Source: Monocercomonoides exilis PA203
Lineage: Eukaryota > Protista > Preaxostyla
Assembly (NCBI GenBank): GCA_001643675.2
Contig: LSRY02000060.1
Coordinates: 372,001 to 436,000 of the forward strand
Direction of reading: 5' to 3'
DNA length: 64,000 nucleotides
In this document: positions 1-13,201 of the stretch, one piece after another
Layout of the letters: each line of letters begins with the position of its first letter
How positions within the stretch are numbered: position 1 is the first letter of the stretch
The notes under the pieces: generated by a model
The model's input: the letters and a program-made list of their open reading frames with translations, nothing else
Told to the model about the DNA's origin: nothing
Database searches by the model: none
Program-made: the position numbers and the translations under genes

Positions 1-615
1 ATTTCCAAATTGAATATGTTGCATTGAAAATTCTTGATTTGGTAAAAATGAAAATAATCAATTACAAAAGAATATATATATATATTTATATTATTTCTTT
101 TGTTGTTTTTTCAATCTATCATTCAAGTTATTCAATAATCTTTCTTTCTTCTTTTCTCAGTTGTTTCCTTTGATCGTTTCTTGAATTCCACTTTCAACAA
201 AAATTTCATATCCAAATATTATCTTCTTTTTATTCAATAAAAAATCTTATCAATTCTTTCAATCCTATTTTCATTCCTATTCTCCTCTCTAAACACGCTC
301 TTTATTCTCTTTCTCTTTTTCATTTATTCTTTTTTCAATCTTCTGATTCTTTTTTTATTAATGCAAATTTCCTTCGGTTGTATAATTTCTCTGTTTCCTT
401 CTTTATTTATCTCTTGATCTCTGATGCCAACGCAGAATGTGAAGAAATTCAATCAGATGAAGTGAATGAAGAAGAAGAAGAAGAAATAGTGTGAAATGTC
501 AATGATGTATTAAATGAAGATGTTGAGTATGGTGTGTGAATTAAATGAAAAGATTGGCTGTTGAAAATTGTTAGAATGAGATCCAATGAATGCCAACGGA
601 GAAATTCATTGATAT

Positions 616-670
616 GGGTGATTATTTTAAAAATCATAACTTTTTTCGGGGTGTTATTTTTTCAAATGTT
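616..670. mobile_element. Solo terminus of the GGG/ATAT transposon family (matches the right end of the 22472-36962 element)
   Basis: ATAT(612-615)|GGGTGATTATTTTAAAAATCATAACTTTTTTCGGGGTG matches the reverse complement of 36925-36962 (GGGTGATTCTTTTCGAAAACATACTTTTTTTCGGGGTG), which is also flanked by ATAT. Confidence 0.7.
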
Positions 671-2550
671 GTTTGAAATAGGGAAGACCTTTTGTGATCA
701 AATGCAATAATTGTTACAATCGTTTCACAAACATATGTGTTATCTGAAATAAAGATGAATATGTCTTGAATATGCCTGTGCACTTTTCAGTATTCATTGA
801 TTAATGTCATAGTGAATTTTTCGAACCGAAAATTTTGAATGAAAAAATATGATTTCAAAAATAACTACACAAATTCTCATTTTTAGGCAATAATCTTTTG
901 CTTCTATATTCTGCTGGGTTGAAACTTCCAAATCCTTCACACAATTCACTTGAACAAATTCTTCATACCATCTCTAAATGAGAAACACATATGATCCCTT
1001 TTATGTTCTATCTCTTCAGCTTTCAATATGCTTTTCTCACAGAAATGTTTCTTTCTTCAAAAATAATCCACGCCAAAGCCAAATGAGTTCATCTACAAAA
1101 TATCTTGAATTTCTTCGATTTGTCATTTTCTTTGAGCATTTTTCTTCCGAAATTTTTATTAATCTCCTGCACCCTCAGTGACTGAATGAATCATAGAAAT
1201 AATAAATTCTTCAAAAAAACTTCGAACCTCAAACAAATTTATTTTGAGAATTATATCAATGCTTTGTTTCAAAAGGAACGGATTACTCAACAAAAATTCA
1301 TAATCACTTCCTTTTTCAAGTGTTTTTATATTGATTCTTCAATTTCACATCCAAATCTCTTTTTTTTGCTAAGTCTCTATTTGAATTCGCTTTTCTCATT
1401 CGAAGTTTATTCTGGATAAAAAAAATATTCCACTCAGAACTTGTTTTCTTCAATTTCCGCATGCTGCTTAGAAAGAAAAACATACACATTTATTATGTTA
1501 GACAACAATATACAAACCGAACAACTATCATTCAATGTGAACGTGAAACTGAAATTAAATCATTTTTAAAATTTGTGTTATTATTATGGTTCATGATCTT
1601 TTCTTAAATAGATAAATGATGAAAGTAAAAAAATCATTATTGAGGACAGCTGAATAAATTTATTGAAATGAACATTATGTCGAATTGTCTTCAAAATAAA
1701 GAGTAAAATGATTATTTAACACTGACGAGAAAAAAATCTGCTGACTGACGTTGCCATCAATTTTTCAATCCGTCACCCAAGCTAATTAAAAAACAAAACA
1801 TCTCAAATATAACAATAAAATCTTTTATTTATCTAAAATCAGTGAAATGGAAAAAATAACAAAAAAATGAAGTGTTTTGAATCAAAAAATAACCAAAACC
1901 ATAAAAAAGTTCAGTTTATTAACAATGATATAACTCAAAACACTCATTACAAAAAGCTCGTTTAAATATGAGCAAGTCTTTGATCTGAAAAATCAAACGA
2001 AATATTCGTCATCGACACAATTTTTAATTCGAAATTTGTAAACTTCTTATTCAAAATTAAAAAAATTCAGTATTTGTTAAAAAAATTGTTTTTGATATAA
2101 TATTATCACTGCCAGAGTGTCAGAAAGTGATTAAAATGCTTTGTTTTTTCATTATCCTAATGAAGGATGAAAAATTCAACCTCTAATATTATTATTTGTT
2201 GAAAAACATAATATTTTTTGTTTTTTCAGAAAATAATCATCACCATGGAAATCGGATAATTTTTTAATGAATCTTTCACTGTTGGATTGCAATGAATCGT
2301 GATTTGTACAATATTATCATGAAGCGATATTACACTTCCATCTGATGGTGTGTTATGTTGAGACGAATAAGTGTTATTCTCTTTTGAAAATGATGAAAGT
2401 TAAATTTAGAAATGCTTGAAGTGGATTTGGAGTCTGTGAAGTAAATATTCAATTAATTGATCATTAGTCCACACATAGTCGTTGAAAAAGAAAGTTGAAA
2501 ATTCTTCAATGTTAATGGTTCTTTCATTTTCCATTTGTCTATTTTTTAAG

Positions 2551-4030
2551 GATGAGGAAGACGAGGAAGATGAAGAAGTTTAAATTGAAGAAGGCGAATA
2601 AACGATGTGACAAACAATTCTTTTGGCAATTCAATCACATTTCACAGGATATTGAACATTTCCAAAAACATCCCATTTCCACAGTTCACTTAAAACTCTT
2701 CACAAAATCTCATTCCAAAATGTTGAACCTGATCCTTTCATCCAAATCACCATACCCGGCCATCCACTGCTCATTCCTCTGCCTTTTCTTCTCCATCGCC
2801 CTCCCCTTTCCCCTCACAATTCCAGAGTGATGGCTGCTCTCAGTTTCTTATCTTTGCTATTGTCCTCCTCCATCCACCTCACAAAATTCTCCGAAAACAA
2901 CATCCTTCTCCTTTAATTCTTCTTTCTCACCCTCATCCAAAAATTCCTTCCCCTCCTCTTTCCCTTCTCATCCTCCACACAGCCTTTCCTCTTCACTTCT
3001 CTGTTTTATCGCCTCTCTGGCGAATGGCTTCTCCCATCAAAGCAGTCTTCTCCTGAAAGCCCTCTCGCTCTTTCAAGACATGCCAAACAAAGTGGCTGTG
3101 CTGCCAACACACAGCCCGATGTTCCATCGCCTGACAAGATGGAGGGCAATGAGCAGCTGCACGATGCCATCGTGACGAGAGATAACGCGGCAGAGGAGGC
3201 GAACATCACGTCGGAGATGCTTGGCCAGTCTCTCCTGCGGAAAGCGCTCCACAGTTACCCCATGCATAATCTGCCACTGTTGCAGATGTGCTGTCATCGC
3301 TTGGCAAAGGGGAGCTCCCCGTATTCTTCAGATACCACTTGATGGATGTGACTGTTGTGTTGGCGTGGCGTCAGTGTTTCAGAGGAGAAGAGAAGAGAAG
3401 AGAAAAGAAGAGATGATGTGTATCTTCACTCAATTTGCTGACTGCTCAATGATGAAAGAGGAAGGCAGATGCTGATCAGCAAATGGTTGACCACATCGGA
3501 AAAGAAAAGACAGAAACAAACATCACTTTCTTCCCCTCTGCTTCTTCCTCTGCTTCTTCCTCTTCTTTTCCTTCTCTTCCTTCTCTTCTCTCTCTTCTCT
3601 CTCATTCATCTCGCTCTCTGCTCCAAGCAACGCAAACTGCTATTTCCATCTCTGACTCCACCAATGCCATGCGTTGCTCACCTCTTTCATCTCCATTCCT
3701 CAAAAATGTCTCATTACCCACAGGCTGCAGACAGAAGCAAAAGAAGAAGATGATGAAGATGGTTGAACAGCTGACAAAAAGGAAAGCGATGATGTGAATG
3801 CAATCTGTCTCTTGCCTTTTCCCTCCCATATCTGTGCAGCCTCCAACATCCTCGCCTTATCATCCCTCTCTTCTCCTCTCTTACAAAAAAGTGGTTGTGA
3901 GCGGCTGCTAACACCAAATAAAACATGCTCCACACTCTACGCCAAATCCACTGGCTGTGAGGCAGTGCTTCAGACAATCCCAGAACTGACACCTTCATTC
4001 ATATGAACATTTCGTTTAATCGGCTCGCCA
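2551..4030 (+). repeat. Dispersed ~1.45-kb GC-richer repeat, copy 1 (inverted copy at ~27775-29200)
   Basis: 2551-2849 reads identical to the reverse complement of 28902-29200. The rest is clearly homologous but diverged (e.g. LLQATQTAISIS..TNA..CSP.SSPFLKN in both copies). Confidence 0.9.
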
Positions 4031-4149
4031 AATGAGAAGATTAAGATGAAGAATATAGAGAATTGATTAATGGTTTGCGGAAAGGGAAAGAAAAAGAGAA
4101 GGAGAAAGGGAAGGAAAAAAATAGCTTAAAGAAAGATGCTCAATTTAAA

Positions 4150-4913
4150 TGCCTTTTGCAGTTGTTGAAAGAAATGCTCCAAACATATATCGTTCTCGAT
4201 GTTAAATCTCTTTTTTGAATAATGTTTCCTTTTGAAAACTCCACTTCATCAGCCTCAATAGAAATAAATGCCACTTCTTTGCATTGTCCAATCTCAAATC
4301 CATTTGATGTTGAATGAATCAGTTTCAGTTCAATGTTTGTGAAATTGACATAATCTCTTTAAAGTAAAAATGAAAAATCTCTGAATGAAAAGAACGTTAT
4401 TGTGCAATTGTTAACATATTGAATTCCATTTTCGATGCTCAGCAATGATGAGTTGAGAACAGCAGGTTGAATGCTGTTTGACTCACAAACAGAAGAAAAA
4501 ACAACGAATGAAAGAGATAGCTTCCTTTAAGTTTCATGGATGAAAGAACTTCCCGAATAAGAAAATGAATGGCTGATGTTGAATTTTAATCTTTCAATCC
4601 GAACTTTCTCTGAGGTTATAACAACACTTCTCTCATCATAAGATATGGTTGAGTCCAGATGAACCAAAGCAGTCGAGGGAGATTGCAATGAGCGGATGGT
4701 CTCATCATGTACATCACATTCCCCATTGATGATCGTCTCCTCTGAGATCAGCAGCTGAGAATAAGATGATGGAATAATATGTGTCATTCCCTCATTCATT
4801 GATTGACATGGCGCATTGAACTCTCTGCATTGCTTGCTGTCTTCATAATTGCATGCAACTGAAGACACAAAATTCGTCTCTCTCTGGCATTTTACAACCT
4901 TCAACAGATGCAT
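4150..4913 (-). pseudogene. Fragment of expanded Cys/Ser-rich beta-helix (pectin-lyase-like) family gene
   Basis: EDSKQC...PCQSMNEGMTHIIPS.YSQLLIS aligns with EDSKQC...PCSTLSEGLLHIIPSLFSQQLIS at 34700-35617; broken by stops. Confidence 0.7.
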
Positions 4914-7105
4914 TTTTCATCTACTTATGAATGTGTTGTGCATTTTCATATCCCAAGTTCATTGTCGAAAGGAACTCAAAAATCTGCCACATATTTGATA
5001 AGCTCAAAACAAAATGTTTTTTATAATTAATTAGACTAAAAGAAAAACAAATTGAAAACCATCAAATTTTGATGATTTTTTTGTTCATTCCAACTTGAAC
5101 AAACTATGCCCGCTTCCAGGAAAAGTTGCCATTCATTTTTTGTGTGGAAAAATTCAAATTAAATTTTTCTTAAACAATTATCAGTGTTTTCCATAACTCA
5201 AAAAATGAATTAAAAAAATACAATGCACAATTCTTGAAGCATAAATTGCAAAATGGTTTTTTTAAAAAACCATTTTTCATTAAAAAACTTTTTGTTTTAT
5301 TTTGATAAGATAAAAAAATATATATTTGTTTGTCTCAAAATATTTTCTTTCAAAAATAAGTTTGTAATTCACAAACATTCTCATGGTAGTTACAAAATTT
5401 CATCAAAATTATGGTCACTGAATGAAAACAAAAAATTCCCATCAATCAAATTTTTGATCTGATGTCACTTTATTATAATGGAAATGCAATATATTTTTTC
5501 ATTAAATCGAAAAAGTGATATTTTTGATCTTCAGTTCAACATTTCATGAAAAAGTTTTTTATAAACTAATAATTGTGATTAGTCTGACTTTATAGCTTGG
5601 TTATTTAATTCAGAAAAAAACAATCAAAAAGTCGATAAATACTCCTGATATCAAATTGAAACAATATAAAGATATGATTTAATTCGATATGGAAATATCC
5701 GATTTGAACTTTATAAATGCCACTTTGTAAAAAAACACTGGAAAACATGGATAACACGAAAAATTTTCTTTATGATCATCTCCTTTATGTGTCGACATGA
5801 AAGAAAATAACAAGAGAAATTCAACTTTATTTATTTGCATTTTTTCATTCATTGGCTATATAAATTAAGTTGTTTTTAAGTCAGTCCAGAATCTTTATCG
5901 TTATTTAAAATAAAAGCTCCAGAGAGATTGTTGTTTTCTATGTAGTTTTAATTCAAAAAGTGCATCAAAAAGTTAGTGAAAAAATACAGAATATGAAATT
6001 GTGATAATAAAAGGGAGAACTATGAAAATCAAAAAGATGTTTTTTGTTTGAATATTTTTGCAAACATATAAAGGTTTTCACTATTATAAAGTGACAAAGG
6101 AAAAACAATGCACGAAGTCAATGTGAATTTTTTAGCTACAAATGTTAAAATGTGGTTTTTTGTCAATGGTTCAGTTTTCGAAATTATTGATAATAGAATT
6201 GAAGAAAAATTGAAAAGGCTGCTTATTAAAAAAATTGGTATGTTCTTTCATCTCTTATAAAAATTGATCCTTAAAAAAGTCAAAAAAGCTTCAAATGAAA
6301 AAAATTGGACAGTCCACAATGCTCGTTTTTTGTATATTTTAAATGAATTTGAAGAACTATTTAAAAACTCAAATAAATACCACAATTTGTATATCATTTT
6401 TTGAAAAACATATCACATGGGATTCGACAGATTCAATAAAGATTATTTCTCAGCCTGATTGCACCAATCAAATCTCACAAAAAATACCCTTTCCTTTTTC
6501 AATTTTTTAACATTAACTCATTTCTTCAGACGAAAAACATTTCAAGTCTTCAATGAACAGATGTTCTATTTTTCTCCCAAAGGAAAATGTGGAGCCCTAT
6601 TTTAATAATTTAATTTTTTAGCTGCATCAAAGAGAGGAATGGATTTATCTTTGTTTTTGAAACTTGCATCCAGATGTTTATATGAAAAATTTAAATGAAA
6701 CATCTTCAACTTAAAACAAATATTCTTGGAACAATTTTATTCCATCACTTATTTGTTCAGTGTGCTGATTTTTCGTTTCAATACATATTTTCTTTATTGT
6801 TTGAAACATTTCGTTTCATCTTTATTTACCATATTTTTTTTTCTTCATATCAAAATTTAACATTTTTTTCATTCAATGAACAAAAATAAAGAGGTGCAAA
6901 AACATTCATTTTGAAAAATTTTATGAGATAATATTTTCTTCAATGAGTCTCATCTAATAACAAAAGATTCAATACTTAAGTTCAAAAAAGAGACTCATTT
7001 TGTTTAAAGCTTCCTTGTTATTCGAATGGCACGTAAAATAATAGACATATGTCTCCACAAGTCACTTATCTCTTAAATATTTCCAGTTAAAATGTGAACG
7101 ACATA

Positions 7106-9103
7106 GGGTAATTATTTAACACCAACCAATTTTTTCATTCTTATCCAAATTTTTGAATGAAAAATTTCGAAAAATTCAAAAAAAAAAATACAAAAGAAGA
7201 ATTAATTCTTCGAATAATCTTTATTTTTTGTCGTATTCTTTGCTTTTTTTCATTTTCCTCTTATTTTGGATTATCAAAAATAACTTCAAAACGTTTTCTT
7301 TTGATTTTTTGTTTGAATTCAAATATTTCATCTATTTTATTTTCTTTCTCTTGTTTCTGTATTTTTCCTTTTCCTTTTCTTCATTTCTCTTTAAAAATCT
7401 TTCACAATCGTTGAGAAGTTCTTTTTTTGTAATTAACTTTCCAAAATAATCGAAACGGTTACGATGGGAAGGAAGAGGGTATTTTGATGATTCAGATAGT
7501 GCGAAAAACCGAACCGAACGTGTTATGAAGGACTCCGCTTTGTTTAAAAGCTTTTTTAATGACAGAAGGAGTGAAAGAGAACAAAATTGTTTGAGAAAGC
7601 ACGTCGACAAGTGCTTTTCTCGAAGCCGACGATGATGTTGATGATGGAACATCAAATGAAAAAGAAAAAAAAGTTTTGAAAGTTGCAAATACTCATCTAT
7701 CGAGTGGCTGAGGCAAATGAGTATTGTGGGGGATGAATGTTACGATGTCCATGTTATTATCTGAAAAAGATTTCCTAATTGAAGGATCACCACGTGAAGG
7801 ATGAGAATAGATGAAAAGAAGACATTTCTATGTTTCTAGTTACACGCTTTTTCTTCTTTCAATAATGGAAAGGAGAAGAACTGTTTCTGTATATTTTTTG
7901 AAGTTTTTCATGTTCATCCAGCCACTTTTATTAGGCCAGATGTCCAGAGCTGGAGAGAGAAGAGGCTTCAGTTCGTCCGGTTGTTTAACACTTGGACAGA
8001 GAATGATGCAAGGCAATGAATAACCATCTGCAGCCACGGCAGCAACAAGTGTTGCATTGTCCATTCTTTGCGTTTCCTTTCAGAACACAGCGCTTTAGTT
8101 TGATTGATGAATAACGCTTATACTACCAGAAGAAGGAATACGCTAAGATGATTCGTCTAATTCAAACGTTAATGAAAGTTTGAAGTTATTTTTTTTTGTA
8201 TAATTCTGTAATCATGTTATACCGGGGCTTCATCACACTTTAACATGACACAGCCAGCCAATTTATGTCTAAACATTTTGGTTTCCCCTTTATAAGATCG
8301 GGACCCCGATTTTAAATTTATAAGCAGCTGAATTTGAAACCTTTATGAAAGGCTCGTTTTCGTCTATTGTCTCTTTAAAACATTTTCCATCTAAAGAAAA
8401 AATGTAATTGTTGCAATAAAAAACTTGAACAAACCAATTCTCTTGTTTTCTTCATTGTTAAACTGCTCCCACAAATAGAATCAATTTTGATCACATCCAG
8501 AACTGTTTCTTCCTTTTCTTTGCTGATTGCCTGCTGTCTCCCTGGTTTTCCAACTTCACTTTTAGCTCACAACGTCCGAACTGCGTTTTTAATACTGCTA
8601 TGGCTGACTTGCTTAGAATTGATGGTGTCTGTATTCCTGACGACGCCATCATACACAATATGTTCCATTTGTTCAAGTTTGTTCTTGTATTTTCTGTGTA
8701 AAAAAGATAACATGGCATGCTATAATTTAGTCTGCACTGCTTTTCTTTTTTCTTCAACAAGTATTTTTATTGTTTTTTTTTAGGGTTTTGATCTAATTTT
8801 CTATTTTTTTTCTAAAAAAATTAAATTTCAAAAAAAATATATTAAAAAATATAATTTGAATGAACAAAATGGCTTAACACCCCTTGAAACCAACCAATTT
8901 CCGTGGAAGCTTGATGGAAAGTTTTCAACAACTCCATTCACCCCCATGAGAAATAGGCTTCATTTCAAAATACATTTTAAAAATTCAATATAGATTCCTT
9001 TTATACAAAAAATTAAGTTATTATTTCAAAATGTGGGATATGAAACTTTTGAAATAAAAAAAAAGGTCAGAGTTAAAAAAAGGTGGGGGTTAAATAATAA
9101 CCC
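7106..9103 (-). mobile_element. Decayed pogo/Tigger-like (DDE_1) DNA transposon
   Basis: Termini GGGTAATTATTTAAC (7106) and GTTAAATAATAACCC (ending 9103); TA on the left only. Fragmented transposase (ATLVAAVAADGYSLPCIILCP...NKSGWMN) is homologous to 38606-39169. Confidence 0.7.
7690..8760 (-). pseudogene. pogo-like DDE transposase pseudogene
   Basis: ORF pieces 8491-8760 and 7840-8064 with frameshifts and stops; GWM motif typical of DDE_1. Confidence 0.7.
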
Positions 9104-9347
9104 AAAGAAAAATCATCTTATTGAACCATGACGATACCAAATTTAAAATCATTGAAATAGAAAATGTGAATGATAATTTGATCTGGAAATAAATAGAAAA
9201 AGTTAAAAACAATATGCAATTTTTAAAAATAGCGATCCAAATATAAATCGGAGGAATTATCAAACATCCATAAATATTATTTGCTTTCATAATAATTCTT
9301 CAAATAATATTAATAGAAAAAAACATTTGAAAAAAACTTTGGATCAT

Positions 9348-11606
9348 TTAACAATCTCTATTCTGTTCAAAGTTTAAATATTTCAAAAGAATTCCATCTG
9401 TTTCATTCATCGCAACAACGAATCTCGCAAGCATCCTCTTATTCTCATCATTTTGACTCAAATGCAAGAAATTCTGTTGTTTTTCTTGCCATTTGGCTTC
9501 GCTCCTCGACAATGAAGACTCCATCCCTGCTTGTCTACTCGCTGATGCGCTGAGTGCAGATGGAGTCGCTGAAGACGATTGAAACATTGAAGAAGATGGA
9601 GAAAATTGTTCAAAATTTCCTTTTCTAACTTCTTCGACATATTCTTTTGGAATATGAAAACAAGAGAAGAGATACATTTGTTCGATGATTTTATTATTAT
9701 TTTCCCATTGTTCATCGCATTCCCTGCAAAACTCTAAACATTTTTGCAACCTTGAACTCCTGTTGATCCATTTCTCCTCCTCATTTTTCAAATATTCTAT
9801 CCGCTCCTCCATATCCCTCTTCTTTTTTTCATTTGTGTTTATCTCATCCTTTTTCCTGTCGTTACGTTTTTGGACCATATCTAATTCTCTTTTCAATGTA
9901 TCAATACTTATTCCACATTCCTCTTTTCTGTTTTCGCACTCTTTCACTTTGATCTGATATTCTTGTATCTTCTGTCTATTTGAAGGAATATCACGCTTTG
10001 GGGCAAACAGATCAATTTTCCCTTCACAGACACTTGAATCGTTTAAAAATGCTGTTGGAATTCCTAATCCCACCACAGCTCCAACAACATTAAGAGCATG
10101 CCTTAATGCTTTTGGTGCTTTGAAAACTCCTCTCAAGACCCCATCTTTGATGCAAACTTCTTGTTCTTCCTTGTCGTTGTATGTGTATTTATTTCCAGCA
10201 GTGAAAAAGCAAGTGGCATTTGGAACATTGATTGGTCTCTCTATGACAACTTCATTTGATGCATAATTGTCAAATTCACAGAATTCAATTGTGTCAAATT
10301 TCACGGTTTCAGGTTGATCTAGTTCATTGATCCTTTTTTGATATTCGACAACATCATCATTGCATTGCCTGATAGTGTTTTCTTGATTTTTGATTTTTGT
10401 TTCGATTGATTCTTCTGATTCAAAAGTGATGTTTCTCAGCTTATCCTCCAATTCCTCAACATCGTCGCTCACTTCTGAATACAACTTTTCCGAATCTTTT
10501 GCAAAATCCTTGCACGCCTCTATTATCTCTTGAAGCATATTCGGCACTTGAACTCTCCCCCTCTTGGCTAATACAAGCCAATATAGCTTGCTCGCCATCG
10601 ATGATGCAGAGTCCATAAACCAGTAATAAGATGGTGTGCATCGGTCAATATTGACATCATTGGGACTCTTATAGTTATTTAAATTTTTAATCTCGTCTTT
10701 AATTGGTTCCTCAGATCCGTCGAGTGTCGGATCATAGTATATTAGTCTGCCATTAGCGTGAGCCTTCTTCCACACAAGAAGTGTCTGAAGTTGATTCAAG
10801 CTTCTCCTGATTTCCTCTCCTTGCACACCTGTTGCTCCTTTCGCTTTTTGCAGAAGAATTCCAATTATTTGTTCGAGAGATTGTGCTGCTTTAATTTCCG
10901 GAAACTTCTTTTCGATTTTATCCACTGTTGTTTTTTCCAGTTCTGTAAATTTTCCAATCAAACTTCCTTGAACCTTCTCTATAATTTCTGATGTTTCCTT
11001 TTGCTGAATTTTCATTTTATGCAGCCAAAGTTCCTTGCATTTGTTGGCAACGAACACAACTGGAAACTCCTTGTTTTTGCATATCTGGTTAATGAACATC
11101 ATATCATCATATGCATTTGTCAAATTGTAGTAGTTTTCATATTGAGAAATATACGCAATCATCACTTTTGATGCATTTCTCTGGAAAAACTGTAATAAAA
11201 GCATACTGACAACTTCTTCTTTGACATCCACCTCTGATCCAAGAAAGCCTCGAGTATCTAACAAGATAACCTTTTCATTTAATCCATATGATTCTGGAAT
11301 GATGGTCTCTGGCTCAATTCCTTTTCCCATTTTAGCCATATCCTCCACTTTTGTTTTCACTACCAAATCTCCATTGTCATCCTCTTCCATTTCCACTCCG
11401 CGTAATTTGTTTATCATGGTACTTTTTCCAACCTGGCTCCTTCCAAGAACGATCGCCATGTTTTTGCCTGATCCGCAATTGCAACATCTCTTGTAAAACT
11501 CTTTCAAAATATACAAGAAGTCTTCTTGTGAGAATTTCACCTTCCCTCCATTTGTTTTCTGATCCTCCAGTTGACTTTCAAAGATCATCCTTCGGATATT
11601 AAACAC
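9348..11606 (-). CDS. P-loop GTPase (TRAFAC-like) with long C-terminal coiled coil, 752 aa
   Basis: G1 GRSQVGKS, G3 DTRG, G4-like NKCK; E/K-rich heptad region; hydrophobic segment ALNVVGAVVGLGIPTAFL. The start is GTG directly after ...TTTCAAG, so an upstream exon is possible. Confidence 0.8.
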   Translation of the reverse strand: MFNIRRMIFESQLEDQKTNGGKVKFSQEDFLYILKEFYKRCCNCGSGKNMAIVLGRSQVGKSTMINKLRGVEMEEDDNGDLVVKTKVEDMAKMGKGIEPETIIPESYGLNEKVILLDTRGFLGSEVDVKEEVVSMLLLQFFQRNASKVMIAYISQYENYYNLTNAYDDMMFINQICKNKEFPVVFVANKCKELWLHKMKIQQKETSEIIEKVQGSLIGKFTELEKTTVDKIEKKFPEIKAAQSLEQIIGILLQKAKGATGVQGEEIRRSLNQLQTLLVWKKAHANGRLIYYDPTLDGSEEPIKDEIKNLNNYKSPNDVNIDRCTPSYYWFMDSASSMASKLYWLVLAKRGRVQVPNMLQEIIEACKDFAKDSEKLYSEVSDDVEELEDKLRNITFESEESIETKIKNQENTIRQCNDDVVEYQKRINELDQPETVKFDTIEFCEFDNYASNEVVIERPINVPNATCFFTAGNKYTYNDKEEQEVCIKDGVLRGVFKAPKALRHALNVVGAVVGLGIPTAFLNDSSVCEGKIDLFAPKRDIPSNRQKIQEYQIKVKECENRKEECGISIDTLKRELDMVQKRNDRKKDEINTNEKKKRDMEERIEYLKNEEEKWINRSSRLQKCLEFCRECDEQWENNNKIIEQMYLFSCFHIPKEYVEEVRKGNFEQFSPSSSMFQSSSATPSALSASASRQAGMESSLSRSEAKWQEKQQNFLHLSQNDENKRMLARFVVAMNETDGILLKYLNFEQNRDC

Positions 11607-11784
11607 CTTGAAAATTCAAAATGTATTGCGAATATTTTTTAAAACAGTCATATTTCTTTTTCTGCTTTGATTAATCTGAAATATTTTCTACTACAAAAAT
11701 TTGACATTCCAGTTTTCATGCACTTGTCAAGACAACATCTTTTTATCCAGAGAGAGATGTTTTATTCAAAAGGAAATAAGAAAT

Positions 11785-11822
11785 GGGTTATTCTTTTTGA
11801 AAAGTCGCAAATGTTTAATATC
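11785..11822. mobile_element. Solo TIR of the 239-bp MITE family
   Basis: AAAT|GGGTTATTCTTTTTGAAAAGTCGCAAATGTTTAAT is nearly identical to the TIRs at 44472 and 44710; no partner seen. Confidence 0.75.
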
Positions 11823-12715
11823 GAAGAAACAAAAAAATGAACGTTCTATGTTCATTTTTACAGTTCATCTAAATAATTTCTTCAATTTGTAAATATGAAC
11901 ATTTTGTCATATTTGATGAAAGAAAATGTGCATTGTTGAAAAACTTGATGGATAGAGTTCAAAAATGATCAAATAAGGTTCAAATTTATTTATCAAAGAT
12001 TATTAAAAAGTGCAATTTTAAGAAAAGAATAAGCATAATAATAAATATTGTTAAATCATGAGTATGCAGAGTTCAAAAATGCAATATATGTTTTCTTTCA
12101 CTATGTTTTCTAATAATCATACCATTTTGATTCTTTTTGTGAATGAAATTCGTGATCAATTATCAAAAAATATTAATTTAACGAAAAAAAGTTACAAAAA
12201 AACGATGTGAACAACTTTATCAAATAACAAACAATCAATTATTTATTACTAACGTTTAAAGAACAAATAGTTTTGGAATAGATGTGAGATTTTTTTTTGA
12301 AGGATGAAAATAGTTTGTTTTTAAAGTATTTCTTCATCATTTGTGTTGCATAATCTTTGTTCTTTCCAATTAGCTCAATAGATTCAGCAAATATATAATG
12401 AAATGTTTTTGTATCTTTCAATTATGATTTCAATTAACTCTTTTTTATCTCTTCTCTTTAAATTCAATAAATGGATTTATTTTCGAACATCCTTCTCCAT
12501 TTTCAGCTTCGATACCATTTGTTTCATCTTTTCTACATTTTCTCCTCCTTGAAATAATGTGTTTATCATTGCAAGCTTCTGTCTTTAGTGCTTTCGAAGT
12601 TAATCATTTCTCAGCATCCCTCGTTTACTCTTCAATAACATTAAGATTTCACATCGCTTTTTGAATTTTCACTCTATATTTTTGATCTTAGCGATTAGCA
12701 TTATCTTTCTCATAA

Positions 12716-13201
12716 ATGCATAAATCTTCGGATTCGCTCTTGATTTATATCTTTTGTAACATAATGACCAATATCATCTCAGGTCCACAAAACCAACAGA
12801 CTTCCACAGATGGCGGGTGCATCTCATTTGCCTCGTATGCCCCTGTCAACACATTTTCTGTGAGTGACACCACCTTCTCCACCTGTTGTGTGAGAGAGGA
12901 TACAAGTTCTGGAGGAAGAGGCGGTGCTCTCATGATCGAGTTCAATGAAGGCTCACAAGTGTCATCCACAACCTTTTCCATAACCAATATCGTGTTTTCA
13001 GCCAACAAGGCCAGCGTCGGAAGAGATGTGTATTTTGTGTGCGAATCATTTTCCGCTTCTGTGAAAAAGCCCATGTTCGCCTTTATGAGAAGCACCACTC
13101 AGAAAGACACCTCGGTTGTTGGACATTATAGAACAGAAACATTTGGCAACTGGAATGTCGATTTGTTAATATATCTCTATGGGAATGAAGCTAACATTTA
13201 A
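12716..13201 (+). pseudogene. Beta-helix family gene fragment
   Basis: DGGCI, GRGGAL, F..N.A.VG.DVYF.C and VDLL.YL motifs shared with 43217-43795. Confidence 0.7.

Noticed and set aside
449-7688. Short F/L/I/K-rich ORFs in AT-rich spacers
   Set aside because: Composition-driven ORFs with no motifs; not called as genes.
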